Positions 38,972 through 49,624 of a stretch of 64,000 nt of DNA are shown piece after piece (positions within the stretch are counted from its first letter, which is position 1; each line of letters opens with the position of its first letter). The stretch comes from Candidatus Levyibacteriota bacterium (lineage in GTDB: Bacteria > Patescibacteriota > Microgenomatia > Levybacterales > UBA12049): positions 17,881 to 81,880 of the forward strand of contig JAYRIM010000021.1 in assembly GCA_041906785.1 (NCBI GenBank). Direction: 5' to 3'. A model generated the notes under the pieces. The model searched no databases and was not told the origin of the DNA. It saw only the letters and a program-made list of their open reading frames with translations. The position numbers were made by a program, and so were the translations under genes.

Positions 38972-40021
38972 ATGAAGCTCATCAGGAATTTCATCTCATA
39001 CGCACTTAAGCATAAAATTCGAAGTGTTCTCGTTATTGCAGTTTTGGGGATTACGGGCTCATTTATGCTTCCCAAGAATACCCCACCCATAGAAACAGTA
39101 AAAGTGAAAAAGCAAAAAATAACGCAGTCCATAACTGCGACAGGGTCAGTGAAATCACTTGCAACTATTAATTTATCATTTCTTACAGGAGGAAAGGTTG
39201 TGTATGTCGGTGCGAAAAAAGGAGATGAGGTTACTGCTGGTCAAACAATAGCGGTTTTAGATCAGCGTACGATACAGGAAAATCTGCAACAAGCTCTCAT
39301 TGACTATTCTAAACAGCGGAACATATACGAAACAAATCAAGATGCAAACCAGGATCGTAAGCCTCAGGATGCACTGAATGAAGCAATGAAACGAATTCTG
39401 GAGACTAATCAATATGATCTCGATAAAGCAGTGAATTCAGTAGAATTGCAGAATCTTGCTCTGCAACAAACAGTTCTTACGACTCCTATAAATGGAATAG
39501 TTACTAGGGCAGACATCGAAGTTGCTGGTTTAAACGCAACTGCAACGACAACCTACACAGTTTCAGATCCGAATAGTCTGATTTTCGATGTTGAAGTTGA
39601 TGAAGCTGATATAGCGAAAATCTCACTTGGTCAGAGAATGAATGTTACATTTGATGCATATCCAGATCATACTATTCCTTTAGAAGTTACAAGAATTGAT
39701 TTTTCAAGCCATAGTTCAGATACAGGTGGTACTGTGTATTCTATTGAAGCATCAATGCCTGAAAATACAGATTTTCGATATAGAATAGGCATGCACGGAG
39801 ATGCTGAGATAATAATCTCAGAAAAAGGGAGGGCTCTCACTATACCTATTTCAAGTATAGTTGATGAAAAATATGTCTACGTAAAGAAAGATAAAAAATT
39901 TGAAAAACGGAGAGTTAGAGCTGGTCTAGAAAGTGACACGGAGATAGAAATAGTATCTGGCCTAAAAGAAGGAGAGGAAATTGCACTACAACCTGAAGAA
40001 GTAGAAAAGATCCAAAAGTAA
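38972..40021 (+). CDS. MacA-like efflux adaptor (membrane fusion protein)
   Basis: Lipoyl-like halves, TPINGIV, VDEADI, GMHG, SGLKEGE. Confidence 0.9.
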   Translation: MKLIRNFISYALKHKIRSVLVIAVLGITGSFMLPKNTPPIETVKVKKQKITQSITATGSVKSLATINLSFLTGGKVVYVGAKKGDEVTAGQTIAVLDQRTIQENLQQALIDYSKQRNIYETNQDANQDRKPQDALNEAMKRILETNQYDLDKAVNSVELQNLALQQTVLTTPINGIVTRADIEVAGLNATATTTYTVSDPNSLIFDVEVDEADIAKISLGQRMNVTFDAYPDHTIPLEVTRIDFSSHSSDTGGTVYSIEASMPENTDFRYRIGMHGDAEIIISEKGRALTIPISSIVDEKYVYVKKDKKFEKRRVRAGLESDTEIEIVSGLKEGEEIALQPEEVEKIQK

Positions 40022-40022
40022 C

Positions 40023-40697
40023 GTGAAACAATCTTCAATAATTACTCTGACTAATATCATAAAAGATTACGTTACTGACACAGTAACTACAAAAGTCCTC
40101 CACGGTATAACAATCGATGTTAAAAATGGAGATTTTATCGCTATTACCGGACCATCAGGATCTGGAAAATCCACACTATTAAATATTATTGGCTTACTTG
40201 ACACTGCAACTTCAGGAACATATGTCTTAAATAATAATGATGTAACACAATTAACTGAAGATGAACAGTCATACGTAAGAAATAGAGAAATCGGTTTCGT
40301 CTTTCAAGCTTTTAATTTACTAAAACGTATCTCAGTATTAGAAAATGTGATACTTCCTTCAATTTACAGCGGAATGAAGAAAAATGAGCGGGAGCAGCGA
40401 GCTGAAGAATTGTTAGAGAAAGTAGGGCTTGGGGAGCATATGTATAAAAAGCCAAACCAGCTTTCAGGAGGCCAACAGCAGCGAGTAGCTATAGCAAGAG
40501 CCTTAATGAATAAACCATCAATTATTTTAGCTGACGAACCTACGGGAAATCTTGATACTCGCTCAGGAGAAGAGATAATGGGAATTCTAAAAGACTTAAA
40601 TAAACAAGGTAACACGATTATTATGATCACTCATGAACGAGATATAGCAGAACAGGCAAAGAAGATAATACAAATAAAAGATGGAAGAGTTTTATAA
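40023..40697 (+). CDS. MacB/LolD-type ABC ATP-binding protein
   Basis: [25 protein letters not shown]. Confidence 0.95.
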   Translation: MKQSSIITLTNIIKDYVTDTVTTKVLHGITIDVKNGDFIAITGPSGSGKSTLLNIIGLLDTATSGTYVLNNNDVTQLTEDEQSYVRNREIGFVFQAFNLLKRISVLENVILPSIYSGMKKNEREQRAEELLEKVGLGEHMYKKPNQLSGGQQQRVAIARALMNKPSIILADEPTGNLDTRSGEEIMGILKDLNKQGNTIIMITHERDIAEQAKKIIQIKDGRVL

Positions 40698-40784
40698 AGG
40701 TTCCAGAGGAGACCAATGAACCAAAAGAGACAAATGTGTTTTTACATTTGGTACCTTTGTCTCGTCTGGCTCTTCTGTCTCTTT
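40696..40784. repeat. 9-bp-periodic imperfect inverted repeat
   Basis: AAAGGTTCC AGAGGAGAC...TTGGTACCT TTGTCTCGT CTGGCTCTT CTGTCTCTT. Confidence 0.7.
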
Positions 40785-40791
40785 AAACATT

Positions 40792-41982
40792 ATGGATATT
40801 CGGGAATTATTTAAACTTTCTATTGCTTCCTTAAAAGCAAATAAATTACGAAGTGCGTTAACCACGCTTGGGATTATTATCGGTGTTTTCTCTGTGATCC
40901 TGCTTGTCTCATTAGGCACAGGATTACAATCATATATAACAAACCAAATTTCAGGTCTCGGTTCGAATCTTATTTTCGTGATACCTGGACGAATTGGGGG
41001 TGCGCGTACTCCTGGAGGACAGCAAACGAATAAGCTAGTTTTTTCAGACGCGAAAAATCTGTCAAATAAACTTCGGGCTATAGCAGAAGTTGGTCCCGTT
41101 ATCCAAAAATCTACTTCTGTAAAATACATTAATAAAACGAATAAAAACACAAGCATACTCGGTACTTCCGCAAACTATCCGGAAATCGTAAAGACTGAAT
41201 TAGCAGAAGGAAGATTTTTTACTCCAGGACAGGAACGATCTGGCGCTCGAGTAGGATTAATTGGCCAGACGGTGAAGAAAAATCTTTTTTCGAATGCTGA
41301 TCCAATCGGTAAAAAAATTTCAGTTTCAGGTAATAAGTATACTGTTATCGGAATTACGAAAGAACGGGGATCTGTGTTTGGTATTGATCAGGATAATATT
41401 GTTATTGTGCCTATTACCACAGCGCAAAGACAGTTTGGAGTAAATAATCTTAATACAATTTATTTATCAGCGAAAAAACCAGAATATGTTACTCTCGTGA
41501 AAGATCAAGCAACATCTGTGCTGTTAAAGCGTCTTACAGAAGATGATTTTACTTTACAGACTCAGGAGCAAACCCTTTCAACTATTAACAGTATTACTGG
41601 TGTACTCACCGCTGCTCTTGGCGGAATAGCAGCTATCTCGCTTCTCGTCGGTGGTATAGGAGTGATGAATATCATGCTGGTTTCTGTTACAGAACGTACG
41701 AAAGAAATAGGTTTACGAAAAGCTTTAGGAGCTAGAAGAAAAGATATCTTATTACAATTTTTGTTGGAGGCTGTCATGCTTTCACTTCTCGGTGGAGTGG
41801 TGGGTATACTGTTAGGGCTCGGTTTCTCAGCTTTGCTTGCGCGCTTTTTTGTATCTGAAGTAACTCCTTGGTCTGTCATTCTCGCTTTTGTTTTCTCAGT
41901 AGGAGTCGGAATTATTTTTGGTATAGCGCCTGCAATACGAGCTTCTAGACTTTCTCCAATTGAAGCGTTAAGATATGAATAA
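40792..41982 (+). CDS. MacB/FtsX-type ABC permease
   Basis: RSALTTLGIIIG, GGIGVMNIMLVSVTERTKEIG, PIEALRYE. Confidence 0.95.
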   Translation: MDIRELFKLSIASLKANKLRSALTTLGIIIGVFSVILLVSLGTGLQSYITNQISGLGSNLIFVIPGRIGGARTPGGQQTNKLVFSDAKNLSNKLRAIAEVGPVIQKSTSVKYINKTNKNTSILGTSANYPEIVKTELAEGRFFTPGQERSGARVGLIGQTVKKNLFSNADPIGKKISVSGNKYTVIGITKERGSVFGIDQDNIVIVPITTAQRQFGVNNLNTIYLSAKKPEYVTLVKDQATSVLLKRLTEDDFTLQTQEQTLSTINSITGVLTAALGGIAAISLLVGGIGVMNIMLVSVTERTKEIGLRKALGARRKDILLQFLLEAVMLSLLGGVVGILLGLGFSALLARFFVSEVTPWSVILAFVFSVGVGIIFGIAPAIRASRLSPIEALRYE

Positions 41983-42038
41983 AAGAAATTCTAAACTCAA
42001 ATGTCAAAATTACGTATTTTTATTAGTTTCTTAACTTC

Positions 42039-43232
42039 ATGAAAATAGTAATTGTTTTAATAGTTATTGCGCTATTATTTAGTGGATTAGTACTTGTTAG
42101 AAATAATGTTGGTGATTTAAGACCTTCCTTCATACCCTCGATTAAGACAAAAAAAATTTCTCCTTTACCAGTGAAATTTGGTAAACCTTTAGATGTAGAG
42201 ATGAAAGTACCAGAAGGATTTCAGATAGGCTACTTTGCAGAGAACATCGGCCCTGTCAGAGATCTTGTATTTTCTCCTGGAGGAGTATTACTTGCAATTA
42301 TCCCAAGCGAGGGAAAAGTTGTTATGTTGCCAGACAGAACACATGATGGTATTGCTGATGAAATAACACCTATACTTGGTGGTTTAGATAGACCGCATGG
42401 TATCGCATTTTATAATAATTATTTATACGTTGCAGAAGAAACGAAAGTTTCTCGATATATCTGGAGTGAACAGAAGCTAGTCGGTGGAGTAGCACGGCTT
42501 GATAAAAAACTTTTTGACTTGCCTAAAGGAGGAAGACATTTTACGCGAAGCATTGTTTTCGATAATAAAGGAACAATGTATGTTTCTTTAGGTTCAACAT
42601 GTGATGTTTGTAAGGAGCAAAATGATTTTATAGCCGCTGTTATTGTTTCTGATAATGAAGGAAAGACACCAAAACTATATGCCACAGGCTTACGAAATGC
42701 TGTTTTTCTAACAATGAATCCTGATACAGAGGAACTTTGGGGGACAGAAATGGGACGGGATTTTCTCGGAGATAATTTACCACCTGATGAAATTAATATT
42801 ATTCAGGAAGGAAAAGACTATGGTTGGCCTTTCTGTTATGGAAATAAAATACATGACACTAATTTCGATAAGAATGTTTATAAACAAGATCCTTGTATTA
42901 ATACAATTGCACCTGTATATGAAATTTCAGCCCATTCAGCACCGCTTGGTTTAACATTCATTGATTCTGACCAGTTTCCAAAAGATTGGCAAGGTGATCT
43001 TCTCGTAGCATATCACGGTTCGTGGAACCGTTCCTCTCCAGTAGGGTATAAAATTGTCAGATTAGATGTAGATGGAAATTCAGTGAAAAGTGAAGAAGAT
43101 TTTCTGACTGGTTTTATAGATGGCGGCACAGCTTTTGCAAGACCGGTTGATTTGGAGTTTGATAAAAATGGTTATTTATATGTTTCAGATGATAAAGGAG
43201 GCAATATTTTCGTTATTGGAAAGAAGCAGTAA
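42039..43232 (+). CDS. PQQ-dependent sugar (sorbosone) dehydrogenase family protein
   Basis: GLRN, DYGWP, AHSAPLG, HGSWNR, RPVD, SDD. Confidence 0.9.
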   Translation: MKIVIVLIVIALLFSGLVLVRNNVGDLRPSFIPSIKTKKISPLPVKFGKPLDVEMKVPEGFQIGYFAENIGPVRDLVFSPGGVLLAIIPSEGKVVMLPDRTHDGIADEITPILGGLDRPHGIAFYNNYLYVAEETKVSRYIWSEQKLVGGVARLDKKLFDLPKGGRHFTRSIVFDNKGTMYVSLGSTCDVCKEQNDFIAAVIVSDNEGKTPKLYATGLRNAVFLTMNPDTEELWGTEMGRDFLGDNLPPDEINIIQEGKDYGWPFCYGNKIHDTNFDKNVYKQDPCINTIAPVYEISAHSAPLGLTFIDSDQFPKDWQGDLLVAYHGSWNRSSPVGYKIVRLDVDGNSVKSEEDFLTGFIDGGTAFARPVDLEFDKNGYLYVSDDKGGNIFVIGKKQ

Positions 43233-43298
43233 TCATTTGCATCAAATCGTGATGTGATATACAATAATTTAAAGACCGAAATGGTCTTTTTTTATCGT

Positions 43299-43931
43299 AT
43301 GAAAGCAAAAATCCAAAATCTTTTTTCAAAAACGAAAAGTTCTTATAAAACACTTCCTGAGAAGAAACAATATGTTGAATTCTTTACAGCAGTTCTTTCA
43401 GTACCAGTGCTATTAACAGTAATTTTATTAAATATTAATAACCTTCAAGCAGTTAAACGTGTTACATCTGCTGAACAAAAGGCTAACCCTACACCTATTA
43501 AAGAAATTATTTATGTGTCTCCTAATGATTCTAAAAAAATAGTACAAAGCTCAAATACTTCACTCGATGATGCAGACAATACTCAGCCCACTCCAACAAT
43601 AGCAGCGTGTAAAAAAGAAGTGGGTCCTGTATCGATCCAAGCGCCACAGGAAAACGAAAAAATTTCTGAAAATCCTGTAAATTTAATTATTCGCTATGAA
43701 GCAGGTGATTATTGTGCTGTAGTATGGTCATACAGGATTAATAACGGTAAATGGTCTGAATATGATGATAAATCAATAGCATTATATGATCTTCCTGAAG
43801 GCATAATTCATATAGCAGTCAAGGTAAAAAGTATTGTGACAGGCGATGAAAAGCTATTAGAAAGAAATTTTAACTATGCACCGGCAGCAAATGTGAATGA
43901 AGATAAAACCAGCTCGACATCTGCGAGATAA
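43299..43931 (+). CDS. single-TM hypothetical protein
   Basis: ORF with one TM and a beta-rich C-terminus. Confidence 0.6.
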   Translation: MKAKIQNLFSKTKSSYKTLPEKKQYVEFFTAVLSVPVLLTVILLNINNLQAVKRVTSAEQKANPTPIKEIIYVSPNDSKKIVQSSNTSLDDADNTQPTPTIAACKKEVGPVSIQAPQENEKISENPVNLIIRYEAGDYCAVVWSYRINNGKWSEYDDKSIALYDLPEGIIHIAVKVKSIVTGDEKLLERNFNYAPAANVNEDKTSSTSAR

Positions 43932-43977
43932 ACAAGGTTGATTGTATATTCTTCAGCGAATACAGTACAATACAATT

Positions 43978-46386
43978 GTGAAATCTAGATTAAAACAGCT
44001 TCTAACATTCTTCATTGGCTGGCCTCTCTCGATTATTGCGCTTTACTTTATCCTGAAAACCTTTTTACCTAAGTACGACCAAATAGAGCATTCATTACAA
44101 AATACAAATTATTTCTTGCTAGGTATAGGTATAGTATGTTTTTTCATGTATTACTTGGTGAGAAGTGTCGTTTGGTTGAGGCTATTAAAAAATATGGGAT
44201 ATGAATTCCCCTACCATAAAATTGTTTTTTTATGGGCTTCTTCCGAATTTAAACGATATATTCCAGGAAATATATGGTCATTCGTAGGTAGAACAGTCTT
44301 ATTTACAGAGAAGGGGATGACGAAAAAAGATATAGGAAAAGCACTTGTTTTCGAACAGGAAATTGTCCTTTTAGGGTGTATCTTCGCTTCAGTGATAAGT
44401 TTTCCTTTTATAATTAACGAGATGTTTCCGTATCTTAAGCAGATTCCTTTTATTAATGTATTACCTTTTCTGATCATCATTTTAGGAGCAGCTGCATATA
44501 TCTATATGCCTTTTTTTACTCAGAATCTTCCGACTAAAATTCAACAGATCATCCATCACATTCTGCCAAAATTTGTTCCCATAGAAACGTTTATCATGTT
44601 ATCTCTCAGCAGTCTTGCTTTCCTCTTTTTTGGCTTAGGATATTACTTTTCGATAACAGCAATTTTTCCATTAAACCCTCAGCTTGTGTTCGTTTTAGCA
44701 GGTTTTTTTATATTTTCTTTACTCGTTGGATTATTATCTTTTTTAACTCCAACAGGTCTTGGTGTTCGAGAAGGAGTAATGACCGTTGGATTATCAAAAG
44801 TTATCCCTATAGCTAAAGCTGGGTTTGCTTCAGTAGCTGGAAGAATTGTTCTCGTTTCTTCTGAAGTTGTTTTTCTCTTATTCAGCTATGCGATTCATAA
44901 AATTCCAGAAAAAACGGCTGTTGTGTATGAACAATTTATAAAACACCATATATATCAAATACTATTAATGATTGGTGTTCTGCTTTTTACGATATATTTC
45001 ACAATTATTAGTTTTCTCCGATACGAAAATTTTAATACTGGACGCTTTGATTTAGGTAATATGGATCAGACTGTTTGGAACACACGTCATGGAAGAATTT
45101 TTCAACTCACAAATCCTGATGGTATTGAGATCGTTTCCCGTTTAGCATTCCATGCGGATTTCATCTTAATTCTTTTCGCTCCTCTGTATTTTATTTGGGA
45201 AGATCCTAGAATACTTCTTTTTTCCCAGGCAATAATAGTCGGTAGTGGTGCAATCTTCGTGTTTCTCTTAGCGAATACTGTTTTAAAAAATAAATTATTG
45301 AGCTTAGTGTTCGCTTTTTCCTACCTGCTCAACCCGAGTGTCCAAAGAACAGTTCTTTACGATTTCCATGCTGTTACACTAGCTACAACATTTCTTTTAG
45401 GCAGTTTTTATTTTTTATATAAGAGACGACTTATTTGGTTTATTATTTTTTCACTTCTTGCTGCTATAACGAAAGAACAAATTTGGATAATAGTCGGTTT
45501 CCTCGGTTTCTATCTTTTTAACATAGAATTTTTAAAACAGAAACCTATTACGAATATGTTAAGAAATAAAAGCGCGTTGCTTGGTTTGTTTGTCGCATTT
45601 CTATCATTTCTCGCGTTTTACATTCTCTTCTGGTATGCGATTCCTGCAGCGTCAAATTCCAAACACTTCGCTTTATCGTATTTTAAAGAAGATAATAACA
45701 ATATGAGTGATTTAGTAGTAAACACTATTCTATCGCCAAATAATTTATTTAAGAAACTTAGTGATCATGATAGGCAAGATTATATTAAACAGCTTCTACT
45801 TCCTGTAGGTTTTCTACCTATTGCAGCGCCTATATATGTATTATTTCCTATCGCCGATTTAATATTAAATGTATTAAGCGATAAACCTGAATTACATCAG
45901 ATTTATTATCAATATACAGCTGCTATTACACCTTTTTTATTTATTTCATCTATATTTGCTATTCATTTCATCAATAAATATGTTTCTAAAATCACTTTAC
46001 GCGTGTTTACTCTTTACGTTGCAATTTTTTCACTCTACGGAGCGTTTCTCTATGGTCCTTTACCAAGCGCGAAATCTCCAAATCTTGCAATGATAACTCA
46101 GCCTTTAGAAGACAGGGAATATATTTCAGAAAATCTATTACAGATTCATCCAGCTTTGAAAGTTGCAGCGACTAATTCATTAGGATCTCACCTCGCACAT
46201 CGCGAACATTTGTATACACTGCCGAAAGGTATTAACGAAGCTGATGTCCTTATTTTTCAGTTAACAGATAATCAAAATCAACCTTCAAAATTATGGCATG
46301 AGGAAAAAGTGCGAGAATTACGAAGTAGCGATGATTATGAGATACTTTTTGAGAAAGATCATATTGTCGCTTTTCAAAGAAAATAA
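43978..46386 (+). CDS. fusion of LPG-synthase-TM/flippase-like domain and DUF2079 (GT-C-like) domain
   Basis: KRYIPGNIW and PTGLGVREG; then FDLGNMDQ, DFHAV, KE, YYQY. Confidence 0.75.
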   Translation: MKSRLKQLLTFFIGWPLSIIALYFILKTFLPKYDQIEHSLQNTNYFLLGIGIVCFFMYYLVRSVVWLRLLKNMGYEFPYHKIVFLWASSEFKRYIPGNIWSFVGRTVLFTEKGMTKKDIGKALVFEQEIVLLGCIFASVISFPFIINEMFPYLKQIPFINVLPFLIIILGAAAYIYMPFFTQNLPTKIQQIIHHILPKFVPIETFIMLSLSSLAFLFFGLGYYFSITAIFPLNPQLVFVLAGFFIFSLLVGLLSFLTPTGLGVREGVMTVGLSKVIPIAKAGFASVAGRIVLVSSEVVFLLFSYAIHKIPEKTAVVYEQFIKHHIYQILLMIGVLLFTIYFTIISFLRYENFNTGRFDLGNMDQTVWNTRHGRIFQLTNPDGIEIVSRLAFHADFILILFAPLYFIWEDPRILLFSQAIIVGSGAIFVFLLANTVLKNKLLSLVFAFSYLLNPSVQRTVLYDFHAVTLATTFLLGSFYFLYKRRLIWFIIFSLLAAITKEQIWIIVGFLGFYLFNIEFLKQKPITNMLRNKSALLGLFVAFLSFLAFYILFWYAIPAASNSKHFALSYFKEDNNNMSDLVVNTILSPNNLFKKLSDHDRQDYIKQLLLPVGFLPIAAPIYVLFPIADLILNVLSDKPELHQIYYQYTAAITPFLFISSIFAIHFINKYVSKITLRVFTLYVAIFSLYGAFLYGPLPSAKSPNLAMITQPLEDREYISENLLQIHPALKVAATNSLGSHLAHREHLYTLPKGINEADVLIFQLTDNQNQPSKLWHEEKVRELRSSDDYEILFEKDHIVAFQRK

Positions 46387-46407
46387 CTTTTTTGCTATCA
46401 TAATCAT

Positions 46408-47229
46408 ATGATTTCAGTTTTAAAAGCTGTAAACCAAAAAGAACCATATAATGAAGAAAAAATCCGTACCTCACTAAGCCGAGCAGGTGTACCTTCAGAT
46501 CTGCAGTCAGAAGTCGTTTCTCATATTAATAAAAGAGTGTATGAAGATATACCAACGCAACATATTTATAATGAGGTTCGTGACTATTTAGGAAAATCTG
46601 CATATCCTTATACGAAATCACTTTATGGATTAAAACAGGCTATTATGGATTTAGGGCCGACGGGATATCCTTTTGAAGATTTCGTTTCTCAAATTCTTAT
46701 AACACTCGGATATACAACTGAAGTTAGACAGATATTACGTGGAAAATGTATTCAGCATGAAATAGATGTTATTGCGAAAAAAGAAAATGCTGTAGCTATG
46801 ATCGAAGCGAAATTCCATAATGCACTAGGCACAAGGTCCGATGTTCATGTGCCAATGTACACAAAAGCACGCTTTGATGATGTGAAAGAACAATATAGAT
46901 TAACAGAAGCATGGGTCATAACAAATACAAAAACTACTTCAGAAGCAATAGCTTATGCGGAATGTGTAGGGATGAAGATAGTAAGCTGGAGCTATCCTAC
47001 TGGTAAAAGTCTCCGTGAACTTATAGAATCTGCCGGCTTACATCCGATTACACTTCTTACAACATTATCAAATAACGATAAAGTACAATTACTTCAAAAT
47101 CATGTCGTCCGATGTAAAACAATCCATGAAAATCCTGCATTGTTAGATGCACTACCACTTTCTGACGCTCAGAAGTTACAAGTCATGAGCGAGATCGATT
47201 TTGTTTGTAAAGGAGAACACCAAAATTAG
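46408..47229 (+). CDS. ATP-cone domain fused to a PD-(D/E)xK nuclease-like domain
   Basis: N-terminal ATP-cone-like segment; GPTGYPFE, HEIDV, IEAKFH. Confidence 0.75.
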   Translation: MISVLKAVNQKEPYNEEKIRTSLSRAGVPSDLQSEVVSHINKRVYEDIPTQHIYNEVRDYLGKSAYPYTKSLYGLKQAIMDLGPTGYPFEDFVSQILITLGYTTEVRQILRGKCIQHEIDVIAKKENAVAMIEAKFHNALGTRSDVHVPMYTKARFDDVKEQYRLTEAWVITNTKTTSEAIAYAECVGMKIVSWSYPTGKSLRELIESAGLHPITLLTTLSNNDKVQLLQNHVVRCKTIHENPALLDALPLSDAQKLQVMSEIDFVCKGEHQN

Positions 47230-47309
47230 AAGGGGTTAATGGGACAGAAGAGCCATAGGTACCAAAAAAAAACAACTTTTGTCTCTTCTGGCTCTTTGGT
47301 CCCTTTTGA
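47230..47309. repeat. 9-bp-periodic imperfect inverted repeat
   Basis: ATGGGACAG AAGAGCCAT AGGTACCAA...TTGTCTCTT CTGGCTCTT TGGTCCC. Confidence 0.7.
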
Positions 47310-47320
47310 AACCTTTCAAT

Positions 47321-47776
47321 ATGGAGTTCTGGCAGCAACTTATCATAATCATTTATGGATCATTAGCATTTATAGCTTTTATAACAAGCATATACGCCTG
47401 TGCTTTTAAAAAGAAAGCGTATCAAGATACACCTCTCTGGGGTTTACTTTTTACAGGATTTGTCCAAGCTGATAATGTATATATTGGTTTCTTTTGGGTA
47501 TGTGTTTCGCTCGTAACACTTGTTCTTAATGATTGGCTACTATTCCTGCTTATCCTTTCTTATTTCTGGCTGGTACGCAGTGTAGGGGAGACGTTATATT
47601 GGTTTTTACAGCAATTTCACCCCAGAGGAGGCAATCCTCCGGAAAAATTCTGGATACATAAAGTCGTTAAAAATGATTCTGTGTGGTTTATGAACCAAAT
47701 TTACTGGCAACTCATGACAGTTATTACAATTATTGCTTCTCTATATATTACACATATTTGGTTAAAAACTATTTAA
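47321..47776 (+). CDS. hypothetical membrane protein
   Basis: Hydrophobic ORF; start moved past the repeat. Confidence 0.6.
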   Translation: MEFWQQLIIIIYGSLAFIAFITSIYACAFKKKAYQDTPLWGLLFTGFVQADNVYIGFFWVCVSLVTLVLNDWLLFLLILSYFWLVRSVGETLYWFLQQFHPRGGNPPEKFWIHKVVKNDSVWFMNQIYWQLMTVITIIASLYITHIWLKTI

Positions 47777-47819
47777 TCTTATGTGTCTAGCTGGTACAAA
47801 CCTGACAATTTGAAAACTT

Positions 47820-49148
47820 TTATCCCTCTTGTGCTAGCTTCACTCGTTCGTATCTATCAGCCATAAATCCATTCGGAACAGTTGTTAATTTATCTGCATA
47901 CATTAAAAATCCATTTCGTATCGTATGATCCCCGTATTTTTCATTTAAAACATCTATAACGCGTACGACATTCTCATATTTCATATTGTCGTAAAACATG
48001 TGTTGGCTCGTTTGTTCTTTATTAGCTAGATAGCTCACCCAGACACTAATTTGCCTGACATATCCTAAATCTGAAAAAAAATGTTGCCAAACAAATTCCA
48101 CAGATGCTGTATCTTCCTTTCCATAAGGCCACCCATCTTGATTTGCCATAGTAAGAGAGACATAAGTCGTTTGTTGGACTAAAAACAATAACATAGTAAA
48201 TAAATCTTTTCCGTTATCCATATAATGAGAGAATGTTCGTTGTCTTGCAATACTGTTTCGACCACGAAGTGCGAAGCCTACATGGCGCGCTCGCTTTCCC
48301 AGCCGCCGCAATTTAATTCCGAGTTCTTCACAAAGTTCATAGACGTTTTGTAAAACAATTCGTGAATTATATTCATTTTTTGGTAAACAATAATTTCTAC
48401 TTATAGATTTGGCTTCCTGGGTAATCGTAAAGGAGATAACATCACGCATATCTATCCCTTTTCCTACATGAAAAAGAAATGTTCCTTCTACCTGACCAAA
48501 CTCTGCCAATAATGAAGTAAGTGGTGTTTGAGAAAGCTGCGTCAGTGTATAAATCCCCATTTGGTTAAGGCGCTTTTCTATACGCGGACCGATACCGCAT
48601 ATATCTTGGAGTTTAGCCATACTGTAGATATATGGAACTTGTGAAGGTTTTATAGATACAACACCATCAGGTTTTTTTAAGCCAGAACCAAGTTTAGCTA
48701 ACAATTTATTATAGGAAATACCCACTGAAACAGTAATATGTTCACCAATTTCTTTCCGAATGCGATCTTTTAAATGCTTAACGAGGGGAAAAACACCACC
48801 AAATAAATGAGCAGTCATTGTAACATCAAGAAAAAGTTCATCGATAGAGAATACTTCGATAAAAGGTGAGTAATCTTTACATATTGCTATAAACTTTTTA
48901 CTAATTTCCCAATATTTTGGAAAATCTGCAGAGACGAACTGCATTGTAGGACATAACTTAAGCGCATCGAAGCGGCTCATCCCTCCTGTGACACCCAATT
49001 TCTTCGCCTCTTTTGATGCTGCGATAACCGCATTCCTGCCGTTTTGAGCAGTAACACCAAGAGGTTTACCCTGCATCTCTGGGCGATACTGCTGTTCTAC
49101 GCTCGCAAAAAATGAGTCAAAATCAATATGTAAAATTATCTTATTCAT
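47820..49148 (-). CDS. dinB: DNA polymerase IV (Y family)
   Basis: HIDFDSFFASVE, SIDE, KLLAKL..KPDG, GIG. Confidence 0.9.
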   Translation of the reverse strand: MNKIILHIDFDSFFASVEQQYRPEMQGKPLGVTAQNGRNAVIAASKEAKKLGVTGGMSRFDALKLCPTMQFVSADFPKYWEISKKFIAICKDYSPFIEVFSIDELFLDVTMTAHLFGGVFPLVKHLKDRIRKEIGEHITVSVGISYNKLLAKLGSGLKKPDGVVSIKPSQVPYIYSMAKLQDICGIGPRIEKRLNQMGIYTLTQLSQTPLTSLLAEFGQVEGTFLFHVGKGIDMRDVISFTITQEAKSISRNYCLPKNEYNSRIVLQNVYELCEELGIKLRRLGKRARHVGFALRGRNSIARQRTFSHYMDNGKDLFTMLLFLVQQTTYVSLTMANQDGWPYGKEDTASVEFVWQHFFSDLGYVRQISVWVSYLANKEQTSQHMFYDNMKYENVVRVIDVLNEKYGDHTIRNGFLMYADKLTTVPNGFMADRYERVKLAQEG

Positions 49149-49149
49149 G

Positions 49150-49236
49150 AAGGGCCATATGAGACAAATGAGCCATAGGGGACAAATGTATTTTCCTTTG
49201 GTACCTTTGTCTCTTAGGTCTCTTTTGGCTCCTTAT
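49150..49236. repeat. 9-bp-periodic imperfect inverted repeat
   Basis: AAGGGCCAT ATGAGACAA ATGAGCCAT AGGGGACAA...TTGGTACCT TTGTCTCTT AGGTCTCTT TTGGCTCCT. Confidence 0.7.
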
Positions 49237-49624
49237 GCTAGGAACCAATACATATACATTTTTGCCATTTTCTTCGTAAGGGTGTGCAGTTTTTTAATAG
49301 TTAAAAGTAGAAAAGTTAGTATCATAATGAGATTACTTTACTAGAAATTTATACGAACATCAATATGACAAATACTATCCTTCTATAACAAAATTCTTAC
49401 AGGACTATTATTCGTTTTTAACAACCAAACTATATAAGGAAGAGAATGGCACATATAATAACAGATCGGCATATATTATTTGGTGTGATGGGAACAAACG
49501 TACCTAATACTACAGAAAAACAAGTTGAAGATCAGTTATTAGGAGGCTGTTTTCCTATAATTCTGATATTTTTTCTCATGGTTGCAACATGTTCTTATAC
49601 CTTCTTTATATTAATCTAAAAATC

